Of a stretch of 64,000 bases of DNA, positions 53,178-62,977 are shown one piece after another. Position numbers and translations under genes: made by a program. The DNA is taken from the NCBI GenBank assembly GCA_964569655.1, contig CAZMTN010000002.1:70197-134196 (forward strand), in the 5' to 3' direction. Numbering within the stretch: the stretch's first letter is position 1; each line of letters begins with the position of its first letter. Source of the stretch: an uncultured Candidatus Saccharibacteria bacterium (GTDB lineage: Bacteria > Patescibacteriota > Minisyncoccia > Phycocordibacterales > Phycocordibacteraceae). A model generated the notes under the pieces. The model ran no database searches, was not told the DNA's origin, and saw only the letters and a list, made by a program, of their open reading frames with translations.

Positions 53178-54425
53178 ATGCAGAAAGCCCTTACCATCGC
53201 CGCAATCGTCATCGTGATGCTCGGCCTCGCGGTCGGCATCTACTTCCTGTTCTTCAGCACGGACTCGGGTCTTGTCACCGAGGACGGGCTCCCGGGAAAC
53301 AACCCCTTCGGCGGAGCGGGCGGGGAAGTGACCCCTGACGTGCTCCCGGACACGGTCACCGATACCCCTGAAGACAGCGCGGAGCAGATCGCGCCGCGCC
53401 TCGTGAAGATCGCCGCGAAGCCGGTAGCCAGGGGAGCGGTCGCGATCATCGCCACCACGACGCAGACGGTCTCCCTCGCGACCACCACAGCCACGTCTAC
53501 GCCCGAGTACCTCACCACGGTCGAGGTGCGCTACATAGACCGCGCCACGGGCAACATGTACAGCTACGCGGCTCTGGACGGCGAGACCACCCGCCTCACC
53601 AACCGCACCATCCCGGGCATCCAGGAAGCCTCATGGCTCCCGAATGGCTCCCTCGCGTATGCGCGCTACATCTCCGCGGATACGGGCAGCGAGCACATAG
53701 AGACTTACGCGCTCCCGGCGGACGGCAGCGACGGCCGCTTCCTTGCGCGCGACCTCGGCACCATCATCCCGCGCACGGACGGCAGCGTCTTCACCTTCAC
53801 CCCGAGCTCGAGCGGCTCGGTAGGCACGGTCGAGGACCCGGACGGCTCCGGCGCCGCCACGCTCTTCTCCTCCGCACTCTCTTCTATCGTACTCAAAGGC
53901 GACACGAACTTTTCCGCGCACACGAAGCCCTCTATCGAGCTCCCGGGCTACGCGTTCGTCGTAAACGGAGAGACCGGAGCATTCACCAAAGTCGTGGGGC
54001 CTATGGCAGGGCTCTCCGCTCTCATCGATCCCGCAGGGAAGCAGGTCCTCTACAGCGGCTTCACCAATGGCGCGCTGCGCCTCGCGCTCGTGAACGCGTC
54101 CACGCGCGAAGTCATCGCGCTCCCGGTGCAGACGCTCGCGGAGAAATGCGTGTGGACCCGGGACAGCCTCTCCGCGTACTGCGCGGTGCCGGTCTCGTTC
54201 CCGATCGCGAACCTTCCCGATGCCTGGTACCAGGGCACGGTGTCCTTCACGGACCGCATCTGGCGCATCGACCTTACCGCCCGCGTCGCGACGCTGGTCG
54301 CGGACCTGCCGGACCTCATCGAGGACGAGCAGATAGACGCGGTGGCGCTCACCCTCGACCCGAACGAAGGCACCCTCGTCTTCCAGAACAAGCGGGACGG
54401 CTCCCTCTGGGCCTACTCCCTTTAG
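53178..54425 (+). CDS. Hypothetical membrane-anchored protein with a beta-propeller-like (TolB/WD40-like) ectodomain
   Basis: N-terminal transmembrane segment, then repetitive beta-strand-like blocks. Confidence 0.45.
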   Translation: MQKALTIAAIVIVMLGLAVGIYFLFFSTDSGLVTEDGLPGNNPFGGAGGEVTPDVLPDTVTDTPEDSAEQIAPRLVKIAAKPVARGAVAIIATTTQTVSLATTTATSTPEYLTTVEVRYIDRATGNMYSYAALDGETTRLTNRTIPGIQEASWLPNGSLAYARYISADTGSEHIETYALPADGSDGRFLARDLGTIIPRTDGSVFTFTPSSSGSVGTVEDPDGSGAATLFSSALSSIVLKGDTNFSAHTKPSIELPGYAFVVNGETGAFTKVVGPMAGLSALIDPAGKQVLYSGFTNGALRLALVNASTREVIALPVQTLAEKCVWTRDSLSAYCAVPVSFPIANLPDAWYQGTVSFTDRIWRIDLTARVATLVADLPDLIEDEQIDAVALTLDPNEGTLVFQNKRDGSLWAYSL

Positions 54426-54429
54426 ATAA

Positions 54430-55161
54430 TTAGGCAGCCGCAGCCTTAGGGATGAGCGGCGTTCGTCGTACGAAAAGCTCCTGCACGATGGTGACGATGT
54501 TGGTGGTGATGAAATAGAGCCCGACCGCTCCGGAGAGCTGGTACGCGACGATCGCGATGATGAACGGGATCACGTAGCGCGCCTGCATGGCCATCGCGCG
54601 GCCGAAGTCCTCGGACATGGTGCTCTTCTCGGACTTTGCGGGCGTCGGCATGGAGAAGTATGCCGCCAGGTACTGCGTACCGCCGGCCAGCACCGCGAGC
54701 ACGATGCTCTTCCCGGTGATCGGGAAGATGCCGAGGAAGTCGGTGGAGATCACCGCCGGGATGGAGACGAAGGAGTAGAGGATATCCATGTTCACGCTCG
54801 GGAGCGCCTCGCCCATGAACACCCAGTAGAGGGCGAAGAGGACAGGCAGCTGGATGAGGAGCGTGAGGAAGCTCGCGAACGGGTTGATCTGGTACTTCTT
54901 GTAGAGAGCGAACATCTCCTTCGCCTGCTTCTCCTTATTATCCTTATGCTTCTCGCGGATCTCGCGCAGCTCCGGCTCCACTACCTTCATTGCGCGCTGG
55001 GTGCGCACCGCTGACAGAGAGAGCGGCAGGATGATGACCTTCACGGCCACCGTGACCGCGATGACGGCCAATCCCACGTCTCCGCCCGGCACCACCCCCA
55101 CGAAGAAGATGAGGAGGTTGTAGATCGGGTTGTAGAGGTACGTGTAGAAGAGGGAGACCAT
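54430..55161 (-). CDS. yidC: Membrane protein insertase YidC (short form)
   Basis: AVIAVTVAVKVIILPLS and QINPFASFLTLLIQLPVLFALY are characteristic segments, with 5 transmembrane helices. It lies in the rpmH-rnpA-yidC syntenic block. Confidence 0.85.
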   Translation of the reverse strand: MVSLFYTYLYNPIYNLLIFFVGVVPGGDVGLAVIAVTVAVKVIILPLSLSAVRTQRAMKVVEPELREIREKHKDNKEKQAKEMFALYKKYQINPFASFLTLLIQLPVLFALYWVFMGEALPSVNMDILYSFVSIPAVISTDFLGIFPITGKSIVLAVLAGGTQYLAAYFSMPTPAKSEKSTMSEDFGRAMAMQARYVIPFIIAIVAYQLSGAVGLYFITTNIVTIVQELFVRRTPLIPKAAAA

Positions 55162-55184
55162 GCGTGATTCCTATTGTATGCGCT

Positions 55185-55490
55185 TTAGCCGAGCGCGTGA
55201 AGGAGCTTCTCCAGTTCCTGCCTGAGGACAGGGAAGGGGAGCTTCGGGCTTCCGGCCTTAGCAAAGACTACGAGCGCAATATGGGGGTAGTCGTGGCGCG
55301 CGAGCACGCTCATGATGCGACGCTTCAGAAGATGCCGGTCCACGGCCCTGGCCGCCACCTTCTTGGACACCACCACGGCCATACCGGTCCCGGTAGACCA
55401 GGAAAGGCTCAGATGGGGACTCTGAGCCTTGCGCGCCCTCTGGAGAGCGCTGAAACCTGCCCTAGACAGCCTGCGCCGCCTGGGAAGCAT
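55185..55490 (-). CDS. rnpA: Ribonuclease P protein component
   Basis: LPRRRRLSRAGFSALQRARK and VVVSKKVAARAVDRHLLKRRI are basic RnpA motifs. It sits downstream of rpmH. Confidence 0.75.
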   Translation of the reverse strand: MLPRRRRLSRAGFSALQRARKAQSPHLSLSWSTGTGMAVVVSKKVAARAVDRHLLKRRIMSVLARHDYPHIALVVFAKAGSPKLPFPVLRQELEKLLHALG

Positions 55491-55494
55491 AGGA

Positions 55495-55638
55495 TTAGAC
55501 GACCGAGAGCTTGGCTCGGCCCTTGCGGCGGCGCTTAGCAATGATCTTCTTGCCGGAAGCGGTCTTCGTGCGGGCACGGAAGCCGTGGGTGCGGGCGCGC
55601 TTTCGCTTCTTCGGCTGGTAGGTTCGCTTCGTGGACAT
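55495..55638 (-). CDS. rpmH: 50S ribosomal protein L34
   Basis: [46 protein letters not shown]. Confidence 0.9.
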   Translation of the reverse strand: MSTKRTYQPKKRKRARTHGFRARTKTASGKKIIAKRRRKGRAKLSVV

Positions 55639-55735
55639 AGTCGGTTCGTTTAGGTGTTTTCCACAGGATACTAACAGTTTCTGCACGGAAGCACAACGCT
55701 TCCCATGCCTGGCCAGGCACGTATAATGACTCGGC

Positions 55736-57082
55736 ATGAACCGGTCCGACCCTCGTGAGCTCTGGGAACACACGCTGACGCAGGTCGAACTCTCCGTATC
55801 CCCAGCCAACTTCAACACCTGGTTCAAGGACAGCTCCATCGTGAAGATAGAGGACGGCATCGTCTACATCGGCGTGCCGAGCCAGTTCTTCCGGGACTGG
55901 TACCTGAAGAAATTCCATACGCTCCTCCTCAAGATCATCCGCCAGGTCTCCTTCGAGTACCGCAACATCGAGTACCTCATCGTGAAGGACGACCGCCGGA
56001 AGCCCCGAGAAGCCAAGCAGACCCGCGAGGACAACCGCCTCCCGCTCGACGAGTTCTATATAAATAAGAGCGATAACCTCAACCCGCGCTACACCTTCGA
56101 CACCTTCGTCGTGGGCGCCTTCAACGAGATGGCGTTCGCCGCGGCCCAAGCCATCATCCAGCGCCCTGGCATCTCCTACAACCCGCTCTTCATCTACGGG
56201 GACACCGGGAGAGGGAAGACCCACCTCACCCAGGCCATCGGGAACCAGTTCAAGAAGCAGTACCCGAACCGGAAGGTCTACTACCTGACCTCCGAGCGCT
56301 TCGTCGCCGACTGCATCGACGCCATCTCTTCAGGCGGCGCGAGCCGCTTCAAGGAGAAGTACCGCCAGTACGACCTCCTCATCATGGACGACGTCCAGTT
56401 CCTCTCGAAGAAGGAGCGCTCCGAGGAAGAGCTCTTCCACCTCTTCAATCATTTCCACGACAACAACAAGCCGATCATCTTCTCCTCGGATCGTCCGCCT
56501 GCAGCCATCCCGGACATCGCGGACAGGCTCCGGAGCCGCCTCTCGAGCGGCATGACGGTAGATATCTCGGAGCCGGATTCCGAGTCCCGCATGGCTATCG
56601 TGAGGAAGAAGGTGGCCGCCCACGGCATCACACTCTCTCCCGAGGTGATCGAATACGTCGCCACGTCGGTCTCGGGCTCCATCCGGGACCTCGAGGGCGT
56701 CATCAACTCCATCGTCTGCCACGCGCAGGTACGAGGGACCCCGCCGGACCTCGCGGAGATCCGCCAGTCGCTCCGTTCCTTCTCTCGCCCTACGAAGACC
56801 GTCTCCATCAAGAACGTAGTCTCGAAGATCGCGGAGTTCTACGGCATCGATGAGGAATCCATCTACGAGAAGACCCGCCGCAAGGAGGTGGTGCGCCCGC
56901 GCCAGGTGATCATGTACATCCTCCGCGAAGACTTCAGCGTCTCGTACCCGACCATCGGCTCTAAGCTCGGGGGAAGGGACCACACCACCGTCATCCACTC
57001 ATGCGAGAAGATAAAGCGCGAGATCACGGGAGACACCGTACTCGCGAAGGAGGTCTCAGATGTCCGCAGCCTGCTCACCTAG
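55736..57082 (+). CDS. dnaA: Chromosomal replication initiator protein DnaA
   Basis: N-terminal domain, AAA+ Walker [11 protein letters not shown], Walker B IMDDVQFL, and a C-terminal DnaA-box-binding domain. Confidence 0.95.
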   Translation: MNRSDPRELWEHTLTQVELSVSPANFNTWFKDSSIVKIEDGIVYIGVPSQFFRDWYLKKFHTLLLKIIRQVSFEYRNIEYLIVKDDRRKPREAKQTREDNRLPLDEFYINKSDNLNPRYTFDTFVVGAFNEMAFAAAQAIIQRPGISYNPLFIYGDTGRGKTHLTQAIGNQFKKQYPNRKVYYLTSERFVADCIDAISSGGASRFKEKYRQYDLLIMDDVQFLSKKERSEEELFHLFNHFHDNNKPIIFSSDRPPAAIPDIADRLRSRLSSGMTVDISEPDSESRMAIVRKKVAAHGITLSPEVIEYVATSVSGSIRDLEGVINSIVCHAQVRGTPPDLAEIRQSLRSFSRPTKTVSIKNVVSKIAEFYGIDEESIYEKTRRKEVVRPRQVIMYILREDFSVSYPTIGSKLGGRDHTTVIHSCEKIKREITGDTVLAKEVSDVRSLLT

Positions 57083-57328
57083 CCTGTGGAAACCGTATGG
57101 ATAACGCTGTAAAACTGGGTGCGCGGAGCTGGGGAGAAACCAACGTTTTCCACAGCACCCGCGAAACCCTCGGATTCTTATCCTTCCTTGTTGGTGCGCT
57201 CTCCACAGGTTTTCAAAAAGTAGGTGCCGAAAGCAGGGCGTATGTAAGCGATGCGGGGGACTTTTCCTCATATACACAGAGCTCATCATGCGTACATGCA
57301 TTTTTATTAAATAGAATAAGAGAATCCT
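57083..57328. other. Putative replication origin (oriC): cluster of DnaA-box-like 9-mers plus an AT-rich unwinding element
   Basis: TGTGGAAAC (~57086), TATGGATAA (~57096), TTTTCCACA (~57146), TTATCCTTC (~57178), CTCTCCACA (~57199) and an AT-rich stretch at ~57296-57325. One extra box (TTTTCCACA, ~55657) lies upstream of dnaA. Confidence 0.55.
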
Positions 57329-58429
57329 ATGGTCATCACTGTTGAGAAGAATATCTTCAGGGAAGCTGTGCATACCGCATCCCGATTCGCTGAGCGGAAG
57401 TCAGCGACTCTTCCGGCATTGTCTGGCATCGCCATCATCGCGGGAGACGACGGCATCAAGCTCCGCGCCACCAATCTCGAGACCGGCATCGACCTCAAGG
57501 TGGACGGCTCTATCCGGAGCCAGGGCGTGGTCGTAGTCTCCGCCGCACTCCTGCGCGACATCACAAGCTCCTTCTCCGGATCCGGCTCCATTACGCTCGA
57601 GCACGCGGGGGATACGGCGGTCATAACCTCAGGCATGGGAAAGAGCACCTTGAAGACGCTCCCTTCCGAGGATTTCCCCGTCATCCCGCTCCCGCAGTCT
57701 TCCGAGACTACGCTCTCCATCGCGGGGAATCTCCTCTCCGCGCTTCTCAATAGTGTCGTCGCCTGCGCATCAACATCCTCCGTACGCCCAGAGCTCGCGA
57801 GCGTGCTCCTCGCAGGTGAGAGCGGGACCTTGAAGGCAGTCGCCTCGGACTCCTTCCGTCTCGCGGAGAAGAAGGTGACGCTCGAGAAGGCGGGGAAGCC
57901 GTTCTCTATCCTCATCCCGGCAAAGAACGCGGCAGATATCCTCCAGACGATTCCGGAGAGCGAACTCACCCTCACCATGGACGAGCACCAGTGCGCATTC
58001 TCCTGGAGCGGCGGCGTGGTCACGACCCGCCTTGTAGCCGCAAGCTATCCGGACTACACCCAGATCATCCCGAAGACCTTCGCTGCGGAGGGTACCGTGC
58101 TCAAGAAGGATTTCGAATCGGTACTGAAGCGTACCGCGGTATTCTCTGACACCTTCCAGAAGGTCCGCATCGCTTTCGACGTGAAAGCGAAGCAGATCGT
58201 CTTCGCCTCCCGCAACGCGGACGTCGGCGAGACCTCAGAAACCATCCCCGGAGCGCTGTCAGGGGAGTCTCTGGAGCTTTCCTTCAATCACCGGTACCTC
58301 GCCGCGCCACTGCCCCTAATTTCGGCAGAGAACGTCACCATCTCGCTCTCCGGCATAGGGAGGCCGCTCGTCATGCGCGGCACGGGGGACGCGTCCTTCC
58401 TCTACCTCGTGATGCCGATGAACCAATAG
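57329..58429 (+). CDS. dnaN: DNA polymerase III beta sliding clamp
   Basis: Three-domain clamp pattern with a conserved C-terminal MPM motif (LVMPMN). Confidence 0.9.
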   Translation: MVITVEKNIFREAVHTASRFAERKSATLPALSGIAIIAGDDGIKLRATNLETGIDLKVDGSIRSQGVVVVSAALLRDITSSFSGSGSITLEHAGDTAVITSGMGKSTLKTLPSEDFPVIPLPQSSETTLSIAGNLLSALLNSVVACASTSSVRPELASVLLAGESGTLKAVASDSFRLAEKKVTLEKAGKPFSILIPAKNAADILQTIPESELTLTMDEHQCAFSWSGGVVTTRLVAASYPDYTQIIPKTFAAEGTVLKKDFESVLKRTAVFSDTFQKVRIAFDVKAKQIVFASRNADVGETSETIPGALSGESLELSFNHRYLAAPLPLISAENVTISLSGIGRPLVMRGTGDASFLYLVMPMNQ

Positions 58430-58433
58430 TCCT

Positions 58434-58685
58434 ATGCGCGCTATCGGCGACCTCCTCAAGGACCATAAGATACCCGGGACGGAACTCTCCGAACTGCGGC
58501 GCACGGCAGCGGGAGCGGCGAGCGTATTTTTAAAGCATAAGATCACCGCGAAGCAGGTTTCGTACAAGAACAGCACGCTCTTCTTCGCCATCCCCTCGAT
58601 ACTGAAAATGGAGCTCATGCTCCGGCAAGCGGATCTCATCCGCGTGCTCAAGGATGCGGGCTTCGCGGTAGGGAAAATAAAATAG
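58434..58685 (+). CDS. DUF721 / DciA-like small protein downstream of dnaN
   Basis: LFFAIPSILKMELMLRQADLIRVLKDAGFAV matches the C-terminal pattern of DUF721 proteins, which are typically found next to dnaN. Confidence 0.45.
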   Translation: MRAIGDLLKDHKIPGTELSELRRTAAGAASVFLKHKITAKQVSYKNSTLFFAIPSILKMELMLRQADLIRVLKDAGFAVGKIK

Positions 58686-58687
58686 GG

Positions 58688-60793
58688 CTACTGGCCGCCG
58701 TTGATGGCTGCCCACGCCTGCACGGCGTACTCCCAGCGCACGTATTGCGGGTCATTCGCCGGATTGCGAGGCTGTCCCGCGAGCGGATTCTCCTTGCTTA
58801 CCCAGTGGAGGATATCGTGGATGCCGTCCCGGCCTGAGTAGTTGCCGAAGAGCGCCGGCGGCGCGTCCTCGGACATCGTGCGGCCCTCGCCGAAGTACTC
58901 CTGCGGGTACTTAGGGAGTATCTGCTCCATGACCGAATGCCACATCGGCGCGACGATATATCCTGCGGTCTCTTTGACCATCGGGGTAGCATCGTTATTG
59001 CCGGCCCAGACACCGAGCGCGATAGACGGCGTGTATCCGACCGTCCAAGTGTCCTTGTAGTCGTTCGTGGTACCGGTCTTCGCGGCGACGTCGTATGCGG
59101 CGAACGTCAGCGGGTTGTTGGGCGCGTAGCTCGGGATGCGCGCGCTGTTATCCGAAAGCATGTTCGAGAGGTCGTTCGCGACGCCGGCGTCGAGCACCTG
59201 GCTCTGGCGGGAAGTGAACTCCTCGAGCACATTGCCGCTCGAGTCGGTGACCGAGAGGATCCCTACCGGCGGATTGTATACGCCCTGGTTCGCGAAGGTC
59301 GCGTAGCCGGCGACGAGATCGAGGAGGCGCACCTCAGCCGCACCGAGCGCGAGCGTGAGGCCGTAGTGGCTCGGCGTGTCGAGTGTGGTCATGCCGGCGG
59401 CGGTCGCGAGATTGATCACGTTCTGGATGCCCGCGAGGTAGAGCACCTTCACCGCGGGGACGTTGATGGACTGCGCGAGCGCCGTCGTGAAGGTCATCGG
59501 GCCGCGGAACTTATCATCGTAGTTGCTCGGGGCGTAGCAAGGAGACACCTTGTTGTAGTTGTCCGCCGGAGAGCAGGACGTAGAGAACTGGGTAGGGAGG
59601 TCGAAGATGACCGTCTGCGGGGTGAAGCCCTTGGCGAGCGCCGCCGCGTACACGAACGGCTTGAAGGCTGAGCCCGGCTGGCGGAGTGCGAGCGACGCAT
59701 TGTAGTTGCCGTCGATGGTTGGGTCGAAGTAATCCTTCGAGCCGACCATGGAGAGGATCTGGCCGGTCTTCGGGTCGAGCGCGATAAGCGCCGCGTTCGT
59801 GGCGTTGAATTTGGAAAGGTTGGCGGCGGCGTACTCGGCGACGGTGGTCTCCGCGATGTGCTGGATATCGGTGTCGAGCGTGGTGACCACCTTGAAGCCG
59901 CGGCCGACGACGCCCGTGCCGTACTTCTCCTCCAGGTACTGCTCGATGAAGAAGACGAAGTGCGGCGCGATGATGCTCGACGAGCGCTGCGGGCTGAACT
60001 TCACCTCCTCGGCCTTCGCGGATGCGTGCTCGCTCTCGGTGATGTATCCGAGCTCCAGCATGCGGTTAAGTACGACATTCTTTCGGTTATCGAGCGCGGC
60101 CCGGTTGTTGCCGTACGGAGAGAAATAGGTCGGCGCCTGGGGGAGAGCGGCCAGGTACGCCGCTTCCGCGGTGGTGACCTCCTTCGCGGACTTGCCGAAG
60201 AACGCGACGCTCGCCGTCTCGACGCCGTAGTACGGGCCGCCGTACGGCGTTTCGTTGAGGTAGAACTCGAGGATCTCGTCCTTCGAGTAGCGATGCTCGA
60301 GCTTGATGGCGAGGATCATCTCGTGCACCTTGCGCACCGGCGTCTTCTTGCCGGTGAGGATGGTGTTCTTCAGTACCTGCTGGGTGATGGTGGAGCCGCC
60401 CTGGGTGTAGCCGTCCGACAGCTGGAGCACGATGAGGATGTCTTTGAGGATGGATCGGATGATGCCGCGGATGCTGATGCCGCCGTGGGTGTAGAAGCTC
60501 GCGTCCTCGATGGCGATGGTGGCATTCCTGATCTGGGGCGAGATCTCGGAGAGCGGCACTGAGTCGCGCTTCGAATCGCGGTCGAGGTCGTAGAGCACGG
60601 TCTTACCCGTGCGGTCGTAGATCTTCGTGGATTCGCTGATCTTCCGGTTCTCGAAGGCGGAGAGGTCCGGGGTCGGCGTCACGGCGATCCAGAGGAAAAC
60701 CACGCCCGCGAACACGAAGATGACGCCCGCAAGCAGGAAGGCGAGCCGGAGCAGCGGGTGCGGGTTGTGGATAGGGTGGTGCCTGCGCGACAT
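58688..60793 (-). CDS. Class A penicillin-binding protein (bifunctional glycosyltransferase/transpeptidase, PBP1A-type)
   Basis: GT51 motifs (EDASFYTHGGISIRG, GGSTITQQ) and a transpeptidase SxxK/SxN/KTG context (KTGTTND). The ATG start is 21 nt inside the listed TTG start. Confidence 0.85.
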   Translation of the reverse strand: MSRRHHPIHNPHPLLRLAFLLAGVIFVFAGVVFLWIAVTPTPDLSAFENRKISESTKIYDRTGKTVLYDLDRDSKRDSVPLSEISPQIRNATIAIEDASFYTHGGISIRGIIRSILKDILIVLQLSDGYTQGGSTITQQVLKNTILTGKKTPVRKVHEMILAIKLEHRYSKDEILEFYLNETPYGGPYYGVETASVAFFGKSAKEVTTAEAAYLAALPQAPTYFSPYGNNRAALDNRKNVVLNRMLELGYITESEHASAKAEEVKFSPQRSSSIIAPHFVFFIEQYLEEKYGTGVVGRGFKVVTTLDTDIQHIAETTVAEYAAANLSKFNATNAALIALDPKTGQILSMVGSKDYFDPTIDGNYNASLALRQPGSAFKPFVYAAALAKGFTPQTVIFDLPTQFSTSCSPADNYNKVSPCYAPSNYDDKFRGPMTFTTALAQSINVPAVKVLYLAGIQNVINLATAAGMTTLDTPSHYGLTLALGAAEVRLLDLVAGYATFANQGVYNPPVGILSVTDSSGNVLEEFTSRQSQVLDAGVANDLSNMLSDNSARIPSYAPNNPLTFAAYDVAAKTGTTNDYKDTWTVGYTPSIALGVWAGNNDATPMVKETAGYIVAPMWHSVMEQILPKYPQEYFGEGRTMSEDAPPALFGNYSGRDGIHDILHWVSKENPLAGQPRNPANDPQYVRWEYAVQAWAAINGGQ

Positions 60794-61019
60794 ATGGAGA
60801 GAATCGTAACACAAAAGCCCCTTTCGGGGCCTTCGGGCTACATCGTCTCCTCGGTTTCCTCCTCGTCCGCCGCGGTCTCGTCTAGGTCGTCGATGCCGAT
60901 TTCGACTTCTTCATCCATGTCATTTATAAAAAGGGTTTCGTCGATAAGCATAGCGGAAATATAGTTAGCGCTCCTGCGGAGCAGTCCCTAGTTTCTCCAA
61001 AACATTCGGACTTGGCAAG

Positions 61020-61505
61020 CTACCCCGCCTTTTTGTGTGGATAGCGGTGGGGCAGGGCGCAGATCGCGAGCGCGATAGCGTCGAATTCGTCGTCGAGGCG
61101 CTTCTTCTCGGGCAGGGCCACGAGCTTCGGAACCATGGACTCGACGGCCTTCTTATCTGCCGCGCCGTATCCGGTGACCGCCATCTTCACCTCCTGCGGA
61201 GAGAACTCGAGGACCGGGAGCCGTGCATTGCCGGCTGCAGCGAGGACCGCGCCGCGCGCCTCCGCCACGCCGAGCGCCGAGGTAACGCTCTTCGCGAAGA
61301 ACAGTTTCTCTATGGCGAGCACGTCCGGCTGGTAAGCTTGGATGGCTTCCCAGGTCGCGCGCGAGACTACGGCGAGGCGGGAAGCCGCGTCTCCTTTCGG
61401 CGGAATGACGCAATCGCTCCAGACGTGGGTCGGGCGGGAGGGGTCTCCCTCGAGCACCGCGATGCCCAGGCGGTCGAACCCGGGGTCAATCGCGAGTACT
61501 CTCAT
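61020..61505 (-). CDS. ruvC: Crossover junction endodeoxyribonuclease RuvC
   Basis: MRVLAIDPGFDRLGIAVLE contains the catalytic Asp context. It lies downstream of yebC, a conserved pairing. Confidence 0.85.
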   Translation of the reverse strand: MRVLAIDPGFDRLGIAVLEGDPSRPTHVWSDCVIPPKGDAASRLAVVSRATWEAIQAYQPDVLAIEKLFFAKSVTSALGVAEARGAVLAAAGNARLPVLEFSPQEVKMAVTGYGAADKKAVESMVPKLVALPEKKRLDDEFDAIALAICALPHRYPHKKAG

Positions 61506-62043
61506 AGCCGCGCGCGTTGGTGTAGACGGCCTGCACGTCGTCGTGCTCATCGAAGAGCGAGAGCAGGGCGCCGAGCTTCTCTTCCTCTTCTCCGGATACT
61601 TCCGTGAGCGGCTCCTTCGGCACGAAGCCGCCTTCCGGGAGGCGGGTGAACGCCCAGGCGGCGCTCCCCGGGGACGCGAGCTCGATCTCGTTCTTCGTCA
61701 TGATGAGCTTTATCTCTTGCGTCGTGCGGTTCCTGCTGTCGCTGAGCGCCTCGATAATGATGGCGACGCCGCTCGGGCCGTAGCATTCGTAGAGCACCTC
61801 CTCGAGGTCTCCTGCGTCCTTAGACACGCCCTTCGCGATCGCGCGCTCGATGTTGTCCTTCGGCATGTTCGCCGCCTTCGCGCGGTCGATGACGGCCTTG
61901 AGGCTCGGCGCGCTCACCGAGCCGCCGTTCTTCTTCGATTCGAGGGTGAGGAGGCGCGCGAAGCGGGAGAAGACGCGGCTACGCGCTGCGTCCGTGACGC
62001 CCTTCGCTCGCTTTATCTGCGCCCATTTAGAGTGTCCTGCCAT
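61486..62043 (-). CDS. yebC: YebC/PmpR-family transcriptional regulator
   Basis: MAGHSKWAQIKRAKG...AKAANMPKDNIERAIAKG. Confidence 0.85.
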   Translation of the reverse strand: MAGHSKWAQIKRAKGVTDAARSRVFSRFARLLTLESKKNGGSVSAPSLKAVIDRAKAANMPKDNIERAIAKGVSKDAGDLEEVLYECYGPSGVAIIIEALSDSRNRTTQEIKLIMTKNEIELASPGSAAWAFTRLPEGGFVPKEPLTEVSGEEEEKLGALLSLFDEHDDVQAVYTNARGYESTRD

Positions 62044-62105
62044 GCAGGTATGGTACCAAATCTGGGAAGGCGAATCCAAGGACCGCTATACTGTAGACTT
62101 TCACT

Positions 62106-62603
62106 ATGAATCCTGAATCAGGAAGGGGGATAGAGAATAAGCCGGAGGAAGTTTCCTTGCGCCAAGCGAAAAGCGAAGATTTGGATTTCTTGTATACAGC
62201 CTCAATCGAAGGCATGCGTCCCGTGCACGAAAGACTTAACCCTGGGGAAGTACAGGATGAGGACGCGGCTCGTGCAAAATACGAGTCCGGCTTTGATCCG
62301 GAAAAGATACAAGTCATCCAATTCAACGGGCAGGACGCTGGCCGGCTAAGGGTAGTGCGGTCCCCAGAATCCATATACGTTGGCGGCATCCAATTGCTCC
62401 CAGAATTTCAAGGAAAAGGCATAGGGACGAAGATATTCACTGATTTGAAACAGGAGTCCGATATCTCCGGCGTACCAATCGTCTTGGAGGTGCATGATGT
62501 AAACGAGGAGGCGCGGAGATTCTACGCTAGCCTAGGATTTGCCGAAGGCGACAAGATACCGAATAAAACGATTCTTACGTATAACCCTAAGAGTTCCAGC
62601 TAG
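62106..62603 (+). CDS. GNAT-family N-acetyltransferase
   Basis: Motif A QGKGIGTKI. GC content is lower than the surroundings. Confidence 0.7.
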   Translation: MNPESGRGIENKPEEVSLRQAKSEDLDFLYTASIEGMRPVHERLNPGEVQDEDAARAKYESGFDPEKIQVIQFNGQDAGRLRVVRSPESIYVGGIQLLPEFQGKGIGTKIFTDLKQESDISGVPIVLEVHDVNEEARRFYASLGFAEGDKIPNKTILTYNPKSSS

Positions 62604-62616
62604 CCCTCAAAGAAGA

Positions 62617-62650
62617 AAGGCCTCCATGAGGCCTTCGGGAAACTCCCTGG
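62617..62650 (-). terminator. Intrinsic terminator downstream of the cold-shock-like gene
   Basis: On the minus strand, AAGGCCTCATGGAGGCCTT is followed by TCTTCTTTG. Confidence 0.45.
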
Positions 62651-62661
62651 CTCTTCTCCGC

Positions 62662-62862
62662 TTACGAACGCTTGATCTGCGTCGCGTACGAGCCGTTCTT
62701 GTTGTTCACGATGTCGAAGGAGACGCGGTCGCCTTTCTTGAGGGCGGTGAAGGAGACGCCGATAAGGTCATCGGAATGGAAGAAGAGGTTCTCCTTCACG
62801 TCCGCGCGCTTGATGAATCCGGAGAGGCGCTCATTGATCTCGATAACGGTACCTGTTTTCAT
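62662..62862 (-). CDS. Cold-shock-domain-like small protein (degenerate CSD)
   Basis: MKTGTV...SGFIKRAD...FFHSDDL...GDRVSFDIV follows the CspA beta-barrel pattern but the RNP motifs are degenerate. Confidence 0.55.
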   Translation of the reverse strand: MKTGTVIEINERLSGFIKRADVKENLFFHSDDLIGVSFTALKKGDRVSFDIVNNKNGSYATQIKRS

Positions 62863-62977
62863 GGTGGGTTAGCTAGCCGAGTAAGCGCCGCATTGACTTC
62901 ATGAGTATATCACATTTTCAGGGGCTCCGCCAGGGCACCTTCCGCCCCAATCGAGGGCAGGGTAAGATAAGAGTCTT

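Noticed and set aside
60849-60960. Unlisted ~37-codon minus-strand ORF encoding an extremely acidic peptide (MLIDETLFINDMDEEVEIGIDDLDETAADEEETEETM) between ruvC and the PBP gene
   Set aside because: No convincing RBS, very short, and a low-complexity acidic composition. It could be a real small protein, but that cannot be supported from sequence alone.
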